This document shows positions 35,983-36,659 of a stretch of DNA of 36,659 nucleotides, piece after piece (position 1 is the stretch's first letter; every line of letters starts with the position of its first letter). Under the pieces are notes generated by a model. It saw nothing but the letters and a program-made list of their open reading frames with translations. It was not told the DNA's origin and made no database searches. Origin of the DNA: Candidatus Aegiribacteria sp. (GTDB lineage Bacteria; Fermentibacterota; Fermentibacteria; Fermentibacterales; JCC-6); the NCBI GenBank assembly GCA_046498225.1, contig JAWOBF010000147.1, positions 1 through 36,659 on the forward strand. The letters run 5' to 3'. Both the position numbers and the translations under genes were made by a program.

Positions 35983-36659
35983 TACGGAACACCTCCGTCA
36001 ATGGCATCCCGATCCGGTGTCATTCCGTTCACCATGTTCTTCATTACCGAGGCATCCCTGGGAGCGTAGCCGTTCTGATCGTTGTCGAAGTAGCAGTATA
36101 TCTCTCTTCCCTGTCCGGCCCAGGTGGAGAAGGCTCCCACCCATCCTCCCAGGGTCTGGTGGTCGTAGGACCCTCTGTAGGCGCCTTCGGGTCCGTGAAG
36201 GCGTACGTAGACAAAGTCCGCTGTTACCTTGCGGGGAGACAGCCTCCCGTTAAGATGGTAGATGCAGAAGGCCACGTTGTATTCCTCCAGTGTCCGGTAT
36301 ACCCTCTCGTTGAACCAGCTCTCGTCCCTGAACTCCATGGTGTATTTCAGCCCTCCGGGCAGGACGGACAGAAATTCCCGAAGCCTTTTCGGGTCGCACA
36401 TCCATCCGGGAGGCACCTGGAAGAGTACAGGGCCCATGGACCCTTCCAGTGCGCCGGCCTTCTCCAGAAAACGCTCCACAGGCTTTTCCGGGTCCTTGAG
36501 CTTCTTCATGTGAGTAATGTACCTGCTCGCCTTGACGGAGAAAATGAAGTCCTTCCCGGCGGTATTTCTCCAGTCTCGAATGGTATCCACAGAGGGCATA
36601 CGGTAGAAGGAGTTGTTTATCTCCACCGTACCGAACCTTTTGGAGTAGTAATCGAGAAA
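35982..36659 (-). CDS. DUF72 (YecE-like) protein, 5'-truncated by the window edge
   Basis: YY...F.TVEINNSFY, F.FSVKA.RYITH, L.Q.PP, EFR..SW, YVRLHG and YFDND. The frame is open to 36659. Confidence 0.93.
   Translation of the reverse strand, partial: FLDYYSKRFGTVEINNSFYRMPSVDTIRDWRNTAGKDFIFSVKASRYITHMKKLKDPEKPVERFLEKAGALEGSMGPVLFQVPPGWMCDPKRLREFLSVLPGGLKYTMEFRDESWFNERVYRTLEEYNVAFCIYHLNGRLSPRKVTADFVYVRLHGPEGAYRGSYDHQTLGGWVGAFSTWAGQGREIYCYFDNDQNGYAPRDASVMKNMVNGMTPDRDAIDGGVP

Noticed and set aside
1..36659. Selenocysteine/pyrrolysine readthrough or programmed frameshifts in the redox genes
   Set aside because: AOR, KorAB, SOR, the ferredoxins and the rhodanese all appear full-length with Cys at the expected sites. 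I saw no split ORFs.

Overview
This is a gene-dense, GC-rich (roughly 60% by eye) bacterial chromosomal window. I found no rRNA, tRNA, CRISPR array, transposase or integrase. Three proteins end in FlgD-Ig/T9SS-type C-terminal sorting domains and one ends in a TWGxIK-like tail. Together with the anaerobic enzymes (tungsten-type AOR, 2-oxoacid:ferredoxin oxidoreductase, superoxide reductase), this suggests a diderm anaerobe of the FCB group, most plausibly Fermentibacterota/Hyd24-12 (inference only). The left part (1-16.8 kb) holds secreted CTD proteins, a small OM barrel, a sulfotransferase-like protein, DUF445, a degenerate PD-(D/E)xK-like protein, an AOR plus tandem class II aldolase pair, DUF378, HAD, a CstB-like MBL-rhodanese and an orphan TPR histidine kinase. 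The right part (16.8-36.7 kb) is a ~20 kb stress/redox cluster whose family content parallels the mycobacterial DosR dormancy regulon: PRTase, DedA/VTT, PpsA, 6xBON, GAPDH, dodecin, two ferredoxins, YbhB, SLC13, KorAB, CopB, M50-CBS protease, USP, SOR and DUF72. The clearest unexplained non-coding signal is an 87-bp intergenic module present twice (12171-12257 and 14546-14632, 68/87 identical without gaps), made of a perfect GC palindrome followed by an AT-rich inverted repeat. All family assignments come from motif recognition, not database searches.
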